Of a stretch of 64,000 bases of DNA, positions 39,288 through 49,837 are shown one piece after another (position 1 is the stretch's first letter; every line of letters starts with the position of its first letter). Under the pieces are notes generated by a model. The model had not been told where the DNA came from, made no database searches, and was given only the letters and a program-made list of their open reading frames with translations. The translations under genes and the position numbers were made by a program. Source of the stretch: an uncultured Clostridium sp. (GTDB taxonomy: Bacteria; Bacillota; Clostridia; TANB77; CAG-508); contig CABQAZ010000001.1 in assembly GCA_902462295.1 (NCBI GenBank), positions 12,215 through 76,214 on the forward strand, read 5' to 3'.

Positions 39288-39469
39288 AATTCACCTCCTT
39301 TAAATAATAATACATGAAATAAAAAAAAAATGCAACATGTTAATGTTAAGTTTGTAAATAAACTGAGAAACGTAATAAAAAGCTTATATTTTAAGGATTT
39401 TTTATAAACTGTATAAAATAAAAATTGCTCCGTCCCGTAAGCAATTTTAATAATTATTTGATATGAAGA

Positions 39470-39638
39470 CTATAAGTTAAATAGAATAGCAATAAAAAAA
39501 ATTATTGCTAGAGTATAAAATAAACAACTAAGAAAACTGCAATCTTCTTTTTCACTTTTTGTATCACCAGTAATGCATATAATGGTGTAAGATAATCCCA
39601 AAAATAAGAAAAATATAAAAAAACTTATTAGCATAGTC
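39470..39638 (-). CDS. Small membrane protein (56 aa)
   Basis: RBS TAGGAGA lies 7 nt before ATG at 39638. Two hydrophobic helices. Confidence 0.3.
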
Positions 39639-39856
39639 ATATGAAAATCTCCTAGTATAATTAAATGCATGGGATGTCAACAGGTTTGCATAATTATTAT
39701 ATCACATTTATAGAAAATAGTATATATATATATTTATTGTAAATTTATGACAACTTTGTAAAAATCTACAACAATATATAGAACTATTGCAAAAAGAGCA
39801 AGAATAGTATATCATAATAGAGTAAGAAAGAGAAAATGTGAAAGGAGGTATGACAA

Positions 39857-41647
39857 ATGTTTAATATAGAAGAACAATTAAAAATGTTACCAAATAAACC
39901 TGGAGTATATATTATGCACGACATTGAAGACAATATAATATATGTAGGAAAAGCAGTTAATTTAAAAAACAGAGTAAGATCATATTTTAGAAGAACAGAC
40001 AAAACAGAAAGAATAAAAAAGATGGTATCATTAATAGATCACTTTGAATATATAGTAGTTGATAATGAAGCAGAAGCTCTTATATTGGAATGTAATTTAA
40101 TAAAGAAAAACAGGCCTAAATTTAATGTATTATTAAAAGACGATAAAACATATCCATATATAAAAATTGATGTAAAATCAGACTATCCGAATGTTGTAAT
40201 AACAAGAAGAATTGTAAATGATGGTTCTAAGTATTTTGGTCCATATGCAAATCCTGGTTCAGCAAAAGAAATGTTAGACTTTATAAAACAAAAATATAAA
40301 ATACGTCAATGTAAAAATTTTAGATCAGAAACAAGAGCTTGTTTAAATTATCATATAAATAGATGTTTAGGACCATGTATGGGATATATATCTAAAGAAG
40401 ATTATAGGAAACAAATAGATGAAATAATAGATATTTTAGATGGAAAAGTAAGTAAAGTATTAAAAGATTTACAAAATCAAATGTTAGAAGAAGCAAATAA
40501 CATGAATTATGAAAAAGCAGCATATATAAGAGACAGAATGTTAGCAATAGAAAGAGTAAATGAAAAACAAAAAGTATCTAATATTTCGGAAAATAACATT
40601 GATGTAATAGGGATTGCAAAATCAGAAATAGAAGTATGTGTTGAAATATTTTTTGTTCGTGGAAGTAAAATGGTAGGAAGAGAACATTATTTTTTCCCAG
40701 ATTTAAAAGAAATGGAAGATAAAGAAATAATATCAGGATTTATAAAACAATATTATATAGATTCACAAAATCTTCCCAATAAAATAATGGTAAGAGAAGA
40801 ATTAGAAGATAAAAATGCAATAGAAAAATGGTTAAGTAAAGAAGCAGGAAGAAAAGTAGAAGTAAAATCTCCTAAAAAAGGTGAAAAATTACGTTTTGTT
40901 GAAATGGCAGATAATAATGCAAAAATCACATTAGAAAATAAAGAAAGAGATAAAAGTGAGATTTTAGTCGAATTAAAAGAAGTACTTGGACTAAATAAAT
41001 TACCAAGAAAAATTGAAACATATGATATTTCAAATATATCAGGAGAATATATAGTAGCAGGAATGTGTGTGATGGCTGACGGTGTTATAAAAAGAAATAT
41101 GTCAAGACGCTTTAAAATAAAAACTATATATGGACAAGATGACCCTAAATGTATGGAAGAAGTTATAACTCGTAGATTAAAACATTCTTTAGATAGTAAT
41201 TCAAGTGGTTTTGGAAGATTACCAGATGTTATATTTGCTGATGGTGGAATTACTCAAATAAGAGCTACAAAAACAGCAATAGCTAAATATGAATTAGATA
41301 TACCTGTTTTTGGAATGGTAAAAAATGATAAGCATCAAACAAGAGCTTTGATGGATGAAAATAGAAAAGAACTAGAAATATCAGAAACTTTAAAAAATTT
41401 AATAACAAAATTTCAGGATGAAGTGCATGATACAGCAATTTCTTATCATAGAAAATTAAGAGATAGTGACATTACTAAATCGGAATTGGATAAGATTGAG
41501 GGAATTGGTGAAGTTAAGAAAAAATTGTTATTAAAAAATTTTGGAAGTGTAGACAAAATAAAAAAGTCTAAATTAGATGAGTTAACTAAAATAAAAGGAA
41601 TTAATGAAAGTTTAGCAGAAAAAATATTAGATGAATTAAATAAATAG
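39857..41647 (+). CDS. uvrC: Excinuclease ABC subunit C
   Basis: GIY-YIG N-terminus (PGVYIMHD...IIYVGKA), a UvrBC-interaction region and an HhH C-terminus. Confidence 0.95.
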   Translation: MFNIEEQLKMLPNKPGVYIMHDIEDNIIYVGKAVNLKNRVRSYFRRTDKTERIKKMVSLIDHFEYIVVDNEAEALILECNLIKKNRPKFNVLLKDDKTYPYIKIDVKSDYPNVVITRRIVNDGSKYFGPYANPGSAKEMLDFIKQKYKIRQCKNFRSETRACLNYHINRCLGPCMGYISKEDYRKQIDEIIDILDGKVSKVLKDLQNQMLEEANNMNYEKAAYIRDRMLAIERVNEKQKVSNISENNIDVIGIAKSEIEVCVEIFFVRGSKMVGREHYFFPDLKEMEDKEIISGFIKQYYIDSQNLPNKIMVREELEDKNAIEKWLSKEAGRKVEVKSPKKGEKLRFVEMADNNAKITLENKERDKSEILVELKEVLGLNKLPRKIETYDISNISGEYIVAGMCVMADGVIKRNMSRRFKIKTIYGQDDPKCMEEVITRRLKHSLDSNSSGFGRLPDVIFADGGITQIRATKTAIAKYELDIPVFGMVKNDKHQTRALMDENRKELEISETLKNLITKFQDEVHDTAISYHRKLRDSDITKSELDKIEGIGEVKKKLLLKNFGSVDKIKKSKLDELTKIKGINESLAEKILDELNK

Positions 41648-41750
41648 AAAAGATTGTAAATTTCTGCGATGAAAAAATTTTTTTTTAAAGAATAAATCTT
41701 AAAATTTCACATATACATATTATTACGGACAAGTATTAAGGGGGTATTAT

Positions 41751-41876
41751 ATGAAATTTTTTAGAAAACACAAGATATTTTCATTTGCAATAATTTCTTT
41801 TTTGGTTCTTACAGGAGCTAATTTTTTTATGATTTATGAGATTATAAAAATTAGCATACAGTTTGTTAAAATATAA
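41751..41876 (+). CDS. Small hydrophobic peptide (41 aa)
   Basis: RBS AAGGGGG lies 8 nt before the ATG. MKFFRKHKIFSFAIISFLVLTGANFFMIYEIIKISIQFVKI. A hairpin follows at 41884..41915. Confidence 0.3.
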   Translation: MKFFRKHKIFSFAIISFLVLTGANFFMIYEIIKISIQFVKI

Positions 41877-41972
41877 ATCTATAAAAACCACATTTTTTAT
41901 ACAAAGGTGGTTTAAAAATATATGCACATATGAACTAATTTCTCATAAATTATAATAAAAGGAGGAGAATTT

Positions 41973-42836
41973 ATGAGAGGATTAGCATTATCAGGAGGAG
42001 GGATAAAAGCAGCAGCACATATAGGTGCTTTAAAAGCGTTTGAAGAAAAAAATATAAAATTTGATTGTGTATCTGGTGCATCATCAGGTAGTATAATAGC
42101 AACAATGTATGCTTTAGGTTATAGCAGTGATGAAATGTGGAAAATGTTTAATAAATATTGTAAAAAAATAACATATGTGGAATGGAAACAAATTTTAAAA
42201 ATGATTGTAGGACTGATATTTACAAGAAGAATAGTAATAGATGGATTAAATACAGGAAAGATTATAGAGAAAATTATAAAAGAAATATGTAAAAATGATA
42301 AAGTTGAAAATATTAATCAAATAAAAATGCCATTAATGATTTCAATGGTAGATTTGCAAAAAGGAACAGTATATATTGCTTCTTCTAAAGAAGTAAGAGC
42401 AAATCTCTTAGACAATACTAGATATATTACAAATATTCCAATATCAACAGCTGTAAGAGCGAGTTGTAGTTTTCCTGTTGTATTTTCACCATGTAGATAT
42501 AATGGAATACAATTAATAGATGGAGGAACCAGAGAAAATTTTCCATGGAAAGGATTGAAAGAGATAGGGGCAGATGAAGTTTTTGGAATTTCATTTGATA
42601 CTATTTTAGAAGAAAATCAATGTTGTAAAAATATTGTAGAAGTTGCTGCAAGAGCAATGGAATTACAAGGAAGAGAATTATCTATATATGAAAAAGAGGG
42701 AATTGATCATTTAATAAATATAAATTTGAAAAAAGTCGCATTATTAGATTCAACTCAAACTAATTTATTGTATGAAATGGGATATTGTGAAACTAAGAAA
42801 CAATTAAAAAAACTTGAAAGTAGTGGAAAAATTTAG
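41973..42836 (+). CDS. Patatin-like phospholipase
   Basis: GGGIKAAAHIG oxyanion motif, GASSG nucleophile and a downstream DGG. Confidence 0.8.
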   Translation: MRGLALSGGGIKAAAHIGALKAFEEKNIKFDCVSGASSGSIIATMYALGYSSDEMWKMFNKYCKKITYVEWKQILKMIVGLIFTRRIVIDGLNTGKIIEKIIKEICKNDKVENINQIKMPLMISMVDLQKGTVYIASSKEVRANLLDNTRYITNIPISTAVRASCSFPVVFSPCRYNGIQLIDGGTRENFPWKGLKEIGADEVFGISFDTILEENQCCKNIVEVAARAMELQGRELSIYEKEGIDHLININLKKVALLDSTQTNLLYEMGYCETKKQLKKLESSGKI

Positions 42837-42888
42837 TATAATAATACACAGATAATAAAAGAAAAAAGAGGAAGGAATTAGATGGAAA

Positions 42889-43752
42889 ATGAACATTGCA
42901 AATGAATGGAAAGATTATAAGATATTAGATATGGCAAATGGACAAAAACTTGAAAAATGGGGTGACGTGGTTCTAGCAAGACCTGACCCACAAATTATTT
43001 GGAAAGAAAAAACATATCCAGAAAAATGGAAAAATATAAATGCAACATATCATAGAAGTAAAACAGGTGGTGGTTCATGGGAATTTAATAAAAAAGTTCC
43101 AAGTAGATGGCAAATTCATTATAAAAATTTAACATTTAATATAAAACCAATGGGATTTAAACATACAGGTTTATTTCCAGAACAAGCAGTTAATTGGGAC
43201 TGGATGATGAATAAAATCAAAAAATCAAATAGAAATATCAAAGTATTAAATTTATTTGCATATACAGGAGGAGCGACAGTTGCATGTGCTTCAGCTGGAG
43301 CGTCAGTTTGTCATGTTGATAGTTCAAAAGGAATGGTAACATGGGCAAAAGAAAATATTACATCATCAGGATTAGCTGAAAAACCTGTAAGGTATATAGT
43401 TGATGATGTTGTAAAATTTGTTAATAGAGAAATACGTAGAGGTAATAAATATGACGCAATAATAATGGATCCACCATCTTATGGAAGAGGAGCAAATGGA
43501 GAAGTTTGGCAATTTGAAGAAAACATATATGATTTGGTAGATTTATGTACAAAAGTACTTTCAGATGAACCATTATTTTTCCTAATAAATTCATATACTA
43601 CAGGAATATCAAGTAATGTTTTAGAAAATATTTTAAATTTAACTATTTCTCCAAACTATAAAGGAAAAGTATCATCTGGAGAAGTAGGATTACCAATGGA
43701 AGATTCAAAATTAATATTACCTTGTGGAATTTTTGGAAGATGGGAGAATTAA
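42889..43752 (+). CDS. Class I SAM-dependent (rRNA) methyltransferase, RlmI/YwbD-like
   Basis: LNLFAYTGGATVACA SAM-binding motif and DAIIMDPPSY motif. Confidence 0.75.
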   Translation: MNIANEWKDYKILDMANGQKLEKWGDVVLARPDPQIIWKEKTYPEKWKNINATYHRSKTGGGSWEFNKKVPSRWQIHYKNLTFNIKPMGFKHTGLFPEQAVNWDWMMNKIKKSNRNIKVLNLFAYTGGATVACASAGASVCHVDSSKGMVTWAKENITSSGLAEKPVRYIVDDVVKFVNREIRRGNKYDAIIMDPPSYGRGANGEVWQFEENIYDLVDLCTKVLSDEPLFFLINSYTTGISSNVLENILNLTISPNYKGKVSSGEVGLPMEDSKLILPCGIFGRWEN

Positions 43753-43753
43753 A

Positions 43754-44440
43754 ATGCAAAATTTAAAAGTATTATATGAAGATAATCATATTATTGCAGT
43801 AGAAAAAGAACCTAATATTCCATCACAAGCAGATAAAACTGAAGATTTAGACATGCTTACAATAATAAAAAAATACTTAAAAGAAAAGTATAATAAACCT
43901 GGAAATGTATATCTTGGGTTAGTACATAGATTAGATAGACCGGTTGGAGGAGTAATGATATTTGCAAAAACATCAAAGTCAGCTTCAAGATTAAGTAACC
44001 AAGTAAGAGAAAAAATATTCAAGAAAAAATATTTAGCAGTTGTAGATGGTAAATTTGAACACAAAGAAGGAACATTAGAAGATTATTTATATAAAGACGA
44101 GAGAAACAATATGAGTAAAGTTGTTAAACCTGAGAAAAAAAATGCGAAATTTGCAAAACTAGATTATGAAGTTTTAGCATACAATGAGGCAAAAAAATTA
44201 TCATTAGTCAAAGTAAATCTTCATACAGGAAGACATCATCAAATTAGAGTACAATTAGCTAATGCAGGACACAGTATATTTGGTGACCAAAAATATGGAA
44301 CAAGAGGAAAGGGAAAGCAAATTGCATTATGGGCATATGAGCTAACAATTCAACATCCTATCTCTAAAAAAGAGATAACATTTAAATGTTTACCTGAAAG
44401 TAATGGAACATGGTGTATTTTAAGAGATTTAAATATTTAA
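43754..44440 (+). CDS. RluA-family pseudouridine synthase
   Basis: HRLDRPVGGVMIFAKT. The start at 43754 (RBS GGAGAA) overlaps the methyltransferase stop. Confidence 0.8.
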   Translation: MQNLKVLYEDNHIIAVEKEPNIPSQADKTEDLDMLTIIKKYLKEKYNKPGNVYLGLVHRLDRPVGGVMIFAKTSKSASRLSNQVREKIFKKKYLAVVDGKFEHKEGTLEDYLYKDERNNMSKVVKPEKKNAKFAKLDYEVLAYNEAKKLSLVKVNLHTGRHHQIRVQLANAGHSIFGDQKYGTRGKGKQIALWAYELTIQHPISKKEITFKCLPESNGTWCILRDLNI

Positions 44441-44638
44441 TAATTAAGAATAGATAAATTAAAATTGTCTATTCTTTTTATTTTTATAACGTTTTTTACA
44501 AAACAGCCTAAAATATATATGAAAATAGAAAAATTAGATTTTACTAAAAGAGAAAGTGCTTTTATAAAATAAAACGAAAAAATTTTGAAATACGTGATAA
44601 ATTAAATATGTACTTAAGATAAGAGTGAGGTGTTAAAG

Positions 44639-45250
44639 ATGATTGACAAGATTTGCACATATTTAACAAATGTAATCAGAAAGAAAATGCCAGAAGTAGA
44701 TGATGAACGAGCAGAAATAATAATGTATGGTTTACAAAATATAATAGGAGAACTCCCTAAAGGCATAATCATTTTAATAATTGCTTATTTCCTAGGAATA
44801 TTTAAACTAACATTAATGTCAGTATTAATAATTGCACCATATAGATGTTTTTCAGGTGGAGTACATATGAAAACACATACGGGCTGTATAATTTATACTT
44901 TAATATTATATAGTGGTTCAGCATTACTTGGAAAATATATTATATTAGCAGGAATTTCTAAATACATAGTAGCATTTATATTTTGGACATTTTGTATGAT
45001 TATGATAAAACTATATGCACCTGCAGACACCGAGAATGTGCCAATATTAAGAAAAAAGGAAAGAAAACAAAAACAGATATTTTCATATATTATTTTAACA
45101 GTAGAATTTATTATAGCAGTTTCAATTAATAATACGACAATAGCTGGAATAATAATATTTGGAGATTTTATACAAACATTAACAATAACAAGATTTGCAT
45201 ATAAAATTACAAATAATAAATATGGACATGAAGTATATGCAAACACATAA
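44639..45250 (+). CDS. agrB: Accessory gene regulator B (AIP-processing membrane peptidase)
   Basis: MIDKICTYLTN...IMYGLQNIIGE and a multi-TM profile typical of AgrB. Confidence 0.8.
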   Translation: MIDKICTYLTNVIRKKMPEVDDERAEIIMYGLQNIIGELPKGIIILIIAYFLGIFKLTLMSVLIIAPYRCFSGGVHMKTHTGCIIYTLILYSGSALLGKYIILAGISKYIVAFIFWTFCMIMIKLYAPADTENVPILRKKERKQKQIFSYIILTVEFIIAVSINNTTIAGIIIFGDFIQTLTITRFAYKITNNKYGHEVYANT

Positions 45251-45324
45251 TATTGGTTAATATAAGAGCCATTGCAACTGCTCTTATGTTAAATAAATTT
45301 TTACTAAAGAAGGGAGAATTAATT

Positions 45325-45444
45325 ATGATTAAATTATTAGCAAAAATGGCAGAAAAGTATGCAAAAGCAACAAACACAGCTTGTATAACATACTGGGTAG
45401 GACATCAACCCAAAATGCCAGCATCATTAATAAAAAAGGATTAA
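45325..45444 (+). CDS. agrD: AgrD autoinducing-peptide precursor
   Basis: 39 aa: MIKLLAKMAEKYAKATNTACITYWVGHQPKMPASLIKKD. It has an amphipathic leader, a Cys-containing core and the conserved HQP motif seen after the AIP in clostridial AgrD (compare ...SACLWFTHQPEEP). Confidence 0.65.
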   Translation: MIKLLAKMAEKYAKATNTACITYWVGHQPKMPASLIKKD

Positions 45445-45488
45445 TTTCCTAAGAGAGAATGTTCTTAAACATTGAAAATCAATTCGAA

Positions 45489-45524
45489 AAAAGAAGACTT
45501 AATAAAAAGTCTTCTTTGCTTTTA
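45489..45524. terminator. Bidirectional terminator between the convergent agr transcripts
   Basis: aaagaagacttaataaaaagtcttcttt followed by gctttt. Confidence 0.6.
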
Positions 45525-45552
45525 TAATAGAAATGGTATTATGCCATTTCTG

Positions 45553-46914
45553 TTATAAATCATATATAAATAGTTCTTGTTTAAAATATTTATCAGTTTT
45601 GCTTGGATGTAAATCTAAGTTTTGACTTTTATTAATATATTTTTTAACTTCCCATAATCCAACACCTAAATGATTTGCTTTACTAGATAAACCTTTATCA
45701 AAGATCTTTTCTATGTCTACATCTTTATTTGAATAAGTATTTGTTATAGTAACAATAGCTCTGCTATTTATATTTTCTCTTATAAAAGAGATTTTTATAA
45801 TTTTCTCATCACATTTTTCAGTCGCTTCTATTGCGTTATCGATTAATATACCTAGAATTCTTGAAAACTGATACATATTTACTTTTAAAGAATCTAAATT
45901 TAAGAAAAATTCAATATCAAATGTAATTCCAGAATTGGTAGCTTCAAAATATTTATTATTAAGTAAACTATATATTCCAGGATTATTTATAATTCTTGGA
46001 TTTAGTAGTGATAAGTTATTCGTAATTTTGCAATCTTTTTTCATTTCATTAAAATATTCTTTTAAACCATTCATATCATCATTTTCTATATAGCCATCTA
46101 AATAATAAACAATATTATTAAAATCATGTTTAAAACCTTTTACTTCATCATATAAAATTTCTAAAGATTTATTATATTCTTCTGCACATTCAAGGTCTTT
46201 TCTTGTAATTGTCAAGTTTATAATACGATTAAAACCATGAAAGCATAGACTTAAAAATGATAACAGTAAAATAAAGTTTAAAAGTGTAATAGTCAAAGGT
46301 ACAATATCTATATAATATGTTGTTATAATTAATTGAATACATAAAGTTAAAAAACCTGCAATTAAATTTAAAATAATAAGAGTTACCGTTTTTCTATCTA
46401 ATGAATCTAATAAATCAAGACGAAACTTTATTTTTCTAGATTTATTTAAAAATATAATTAAAATTAACAGAGACGTATATAAAATTATTAAATAAGGAAT
46501 TCTGTATTTTGGTGTATTCATAAAAGTCTCAAATGGTATATCAAGAATTGTTAAGTATGGATTTTGAAGAAGAGTATTTAAAGTTCCAAAGGCAAAACTA
46601 GTTAATATTAAAGAAGTTAAACTTTTTAATATTCCTATTTTAAAAATAAATATAAGCATTAATATTGTACAACTATAATTAATTATTACATTAAATGGTG
46701 ATGGTACAAATTCAGATGTTATTTTACTTATACAGATTGTTAATATTACATATAAAATTTTTTGCTTTTTGGATGCTTTAACATTAAAAATTAATAAAAG
46801 CAAGGTAAGAAACAGGTAATTCTCTATACTACCAGCAATTAGAAAGTAAATTATATCAGTCACATCGAAATTAAAAAATGTTAAAATATTATTTAAAAAT
46901 TGTATCATAATCAA
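45553..46914 (-). CDS. agrC: AgrC-like membrane histidine kinase (HPK10 / GHKL)
   Basis: Six to seven N-terminal TM helices. The C-terminal ATPase carries the ...HLGVGLWEVKKY... G-box. Confidence 0.75.
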   Translation of the reverse strand: MIMIQFLNNILTFFNFDVTDIIYFLIAGSIENYLFLTLLLLIFNVKASKKQKILYVILTICISKITSEFVPSPFNVIINYSCTILMLIFIFKIGILKSLTSLILTSFAFGTLNTLLQNPYLTILDIPFETFMNTPKYRIPYLIILYTSLLILIIFLNKSRKIKFRLDLLDSLDRKTVTLIILNLIAGFLTLCIQLIITTYYIDIVPLTITLLNFILLLSFLSLCFHGFNRIINLTITRKDLECAEEYNKSLEILYDEVKGFKHDFNNIVYYLDGYIENDDMNGLKEYFNEMKKDCKITNNLSLLNPRIINNPGIYSLLNNKYFEATNSGITFDIEFFLNLDSLKVNMYQFSRILGILIDNAIEATEKCDEKIIKISFIRENINSRAIVTITNTYSNKDVDIEKIFDKGLSSKANHLGVGLWEVKKYINKSQNLDLHPSKTDKYFKQELFIYDL

Positions 46915-47611
46915 TCATCTCCATAAAACTATTTTTGTATTTTGGTCCAATATAACAAATATCACCATTTTTAAATGTAATACAATTATCCGACAGAGAA
47001 ATATTTACGATGTTGTTAATATTGGCAATAAATGATTTGTGGCAACGCACAAAATTTTGGGGAAGATTTTCTTCTATTTTAGCAAAAGAACTATAGGCCT
47101 CAAAGTTTCCGTTGTGAAGTGTGTGATATATAAGTTTCATACCACTTCTTTCTATAAATTGAATATCAGTTAAATCAATAAAAGTTCCTTTGTTATCAAT
47201 TTTTATAAACTTTCTTGTGTTTCCAGATATATCATCAAACAATCTATTTAATGTTTCTGAAAGAGTTTCAACACTTAAAGCACTTTTGAAAAGATAAGCA
47301 AAAGTTTTATAATCATAGGCTTTCATTAAATATTCAAAATGGCTAGTAATAAAAATAATATAACAATCTTTGTTAATTTTTCTAATTTCATTAGCAATAT
47401 CAAGTCCATTAATTTTAGAATTTTTAAATTCAATATCAAGAACAACTACATTAACCATGTTAGAAGTTAAGTAAGAAAGTAATTCTTTATAATTGGAAGT
47501 TGTAAATACAATTTGTGCTTCAAAATCATTTTTAATAAATGCTTTTTCAAATAATAAAGAAAGTTTGTTAAGCATATTTATTTCATCATCACAAAGAACA
47601 AAATTTAACAT
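46889..47611 (-). CDS. agrA: LytTR-family response regulator (AgrA-like)
   Basis: Receiver domain FVLCDDE...VVVLDIEF and a C-terminal LytTR DNA-binding domain. It overlaps the kinase start. Confidence 0.8.
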   Translation of the reverse strand: MLNFVLCDDEINMLNKLSLLFEKAFIKNDFEAQIVFTTSNYKELLSYLTSNMVNVVVLDIEFKNSKINGLDIANEIRKINKDCYIIFITSHFEYLMKAYDYKTFAYLFKSALSVETLSETLNRLFDDISGNTRKFIKIDNKGTFIDLTDIQFIERSGMKLIYHTLHNGNFEAYSSFAKIEENLPQNFVRCHKSFIANINNIVNISLSDNCITFKNGDICYIGPKYKNSFMEMIDYDTIFK

Positions 47612-47869
47612 ATAATCCTCCTTAATATAAGTTTATTTTACATTTTTCTAAAAAATATAAATAAATATAAAACAAAATACAAAAATTGTCAATAGGCAAT
47701 CTGATAAATAAAATCTTTCAAACACTATTATATAAAAGATTTTTGAAAGATATAAACACAAATTAAAAACCAAAATTTGTAAATATGAATAAAATTAATA
47801 CCATATTTAACCAAATGTAATAATATAAATTTTATAAACATAGAATTAAAAAGAAAAGAGAGGTTTTAT

Positions 47870-48322
47870 ATGGAAAAAAAACAAAAAATAATATTAATTT
47901 CTATTTTTATAGTTATCATATTTATGATAGGTTTATTAGCTAATGATAGAGAAAAAGCAAGTTTGTCTACTTCAAGTACTACATATTCTAAAACAATAGG
48001 CTGGGGAATAAAAAGAGCAAATAATAATAAGCAACCTGATGTAGGTGAATCAAATAAAAAAATGTTAGAAGAAAACAATGGAATTTGTTTAGGTAAGGAA
48101 ACAGAAAAAGTAATATATTTGACATTTGACGAGGGATATGAAGCTGGATATACAGAAAAAATATTGAATACATTAAAAGATAATAATGTAAAAGCAACAT
48201 TTTTTATAACATCACATTATTTGAATACTGCTTCAGATTTAGTTGAAAGAATGATTAATGAGGGACATTTAGTAGGAAATCATACACCTAAATTCTTAAT
48301 GCTACAGGTTAATGCTTTATAA
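47870..48322 (+). CDS. pdaA: PdaA-like spore-cortex polysaccharide deacetylase, 5' segment (interrupted after GNHT)
   Basis: TM anchor, then YLTFDEGYEAGYT...ATFFITSHYL...EGHLVGNHT (first half of the NodB domain). After GNHT the ORF continues 11 codons into foreign sequence and stops. Confidence 0.7.
   Translation: MEKKQKIILISIFIVIIFMIGLLANDREKASLSTSSTTYSKTIGWGIKRANNNKQPDVGESNKKMLEENNGICLGKETEKVIYLTFDEGYEAGYTEKILNTLKDNNVKATFFITSHYLNTASDLVERMINEGHLVGNHTPKFLMLQVNAL
48274..48286 (+). repeat. Left direct repeat (attL core) of the intervening element
   Basis: tAGGAAATCATACA. An identical 14-mer lies at 51478..51491. Confidence 0.7.
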
Positions 48323-48439
48323 TAAATTTAAATAAACTATTAATCTTTAACTTATTAATGTCGAAATTTAATAAAATTATTGTTTAAAAAATTATAATGT
48401 GGTATTCTATATTATAGAAGGATTTTAGGAGGAAATAGA

Positions 48440-49537
48440 ATGAGAAAACATCAGAGAAATAAGAGAGAGAATAGAAGTAAAAAAAGAGAATCAATTAAAG
48501 ATTTACTAAAGAAACAAGATGAGCTTTCGCCTGAACAAAAGAATGAATTAGAAAAATTATTACCTATAATAAATAGAATGAGGTTAGATATAGAAAATAA
48601 ACAGAAAGAATTTGTATCAATGGAACAAGAATATAGTCAAAAATCAGAAAAGAAAAGCAGAAATTCAATGGATTATATAAAAGTCAATCCACAATATAAA
48701 AAAGAAACAATAGTTATAAGTGATTTGCATGGAAAAGCTGATAAATGGGAATGGGTCAGACAAAAATTGATATCTAACCCTAATTTGAATGTTATAATTT
48801 TAGGTGATGCAATGGATAGACAAGAATACGGATTAGAAATATTATTAGAAATACAGCAATTAAGCGAATATGGAAGAGTACAATATTTGCCAGGAAATCA
48901 TGATGTATTTGCTTACAATTATGTGAAAGCCAAAAATAGAAATCAAAGAATTTATGAAGTAGCAAAAAAGAATTTAGAGCGTAATGGTGGAAATGTAACA
49001 ATGCAAAAACTAGAAGACTTTGATAAAGTTGTTTGGGATGAAATGAAAAGTGGTAGAATACAAAGACCAGTTAATTTAGAAGAATTTATAAATTGGCTAG
49101 GTAGACAACCTATTCAAAAAATAACAAGAGAAAACAATACTAATTATGCACTTGCACATGCAATATTTGATACTGAATTATATAATTTTAATAGAAATTT
49201 CTGTTTAGAAGATGCTCTAAATATTCAGCTTCAAAATGACAGTAATGATATTTTAAAAAGATTTAATAATGTTATGTGGTATAGAGAAAAAGATGCAAGA
49301 ACTCACTATGCCCCAATATCGTGGCCAAAAGATTATGTGGTTGTAGTAGGTCATACACCACAAACAAGTGTAAATGTTCAGAATATAGAACAAAATCCAG
49401 AAAGACCTATAGTATATGTTGATTGTGGTAAAGGAGATTTACAAGGATTTAATTTAACTACAGGAAAACATGAAAACATAGAACCAAGAACAATTAAAAA
49501 CAATTTACGAACTCAAGATAATAAAACATGGAGATAA
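48440..49537 (+). CDS. PPP-family metallophosphoesterase (PrpE/ApaH-like Ser/Thr phosphatase or Ap4A hydrolase)
   Basis: Motifs ISDLHG, GDAMDRQEYG (GDxxDRG) and GNHD (GNHE/D). Confidence 0.7.
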   Translation: MRKHQRNKRENRSKKRESIKDLLKKQDELSPEQKNELEKLLPIINRMRLDIENKQKEFVSMEQEYSQKSEKKSRNSMDYIKVNPQYKKETIVISDLHGKADKWEWVRQKLISNPNLNVIILGDAMDRQEYGLEILLEIQQLSEYGRVQYLPGNHDVFAYNYVKAKNRNQRIYEVAKKNLERNGGNVTMQKLEDFDKVVWDEMKSGRIQRPVNLEEFINWLGRQPIQKITRENNTNYALAHAIFDTELYNFNRNFCLEDALNIQLQNDSNDILKRFNNVMWYREKDARTHYAPISWPKDYVVVVGHTPQTSVNVQNIEQNPERPIVYVDCGKGDLQGFNLTTGKHENIEPRTIKNNLRTQDNKTWR

Positions 49538-49538
49538 A

Positions 49539-49597
49539 AATAAGAGATATTAATATTATGAAATAAAATTTATTTCAAAAATTAATATCTCTTATTT
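49539..49597 (+). terminator. Terminator hairpin
   Basis: aataagagatattaat...attaatatctcttatt followed by ttta. Confidence 0.55.
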
Positions 49598-49685
49598 TTA
49601 TGTAATTTAATTGTTGTTATTATATTGTAATAATTTAAAATCACAGTAATAAAATTAAATAAAACTTAAAAGGAGTAAAAGTAAG

Positions 49686-49799
49686 ATGAATGAAAAACAA
49701 AATATTCAAATTGAATATGGAAATGAAGATTTGAGAGAGATATTAATAGAATTATTAAAGGAACAATACATAAAATATATAATTGGCAATGATAGATAA
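49686..49799 (+). CDS. Small ORF (37 aa) immediately upstream of the recombinase; possible directionality factor
   Basis: RBS AAAGGAG lies 9 nt before the ATG. MNEKQNIQIEYGNEDLREILIELLKEQYIKYIIGNDR. Confidence 0.25.
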   Translation: MNEKQNIQIEYGNEDLREILIELLKEQYIKYIIGNDR

Positions 49800-49837
49800 A
49801 ATCTTTTTTACTTCTAAAGAGGAGTGATTTTGATAAG

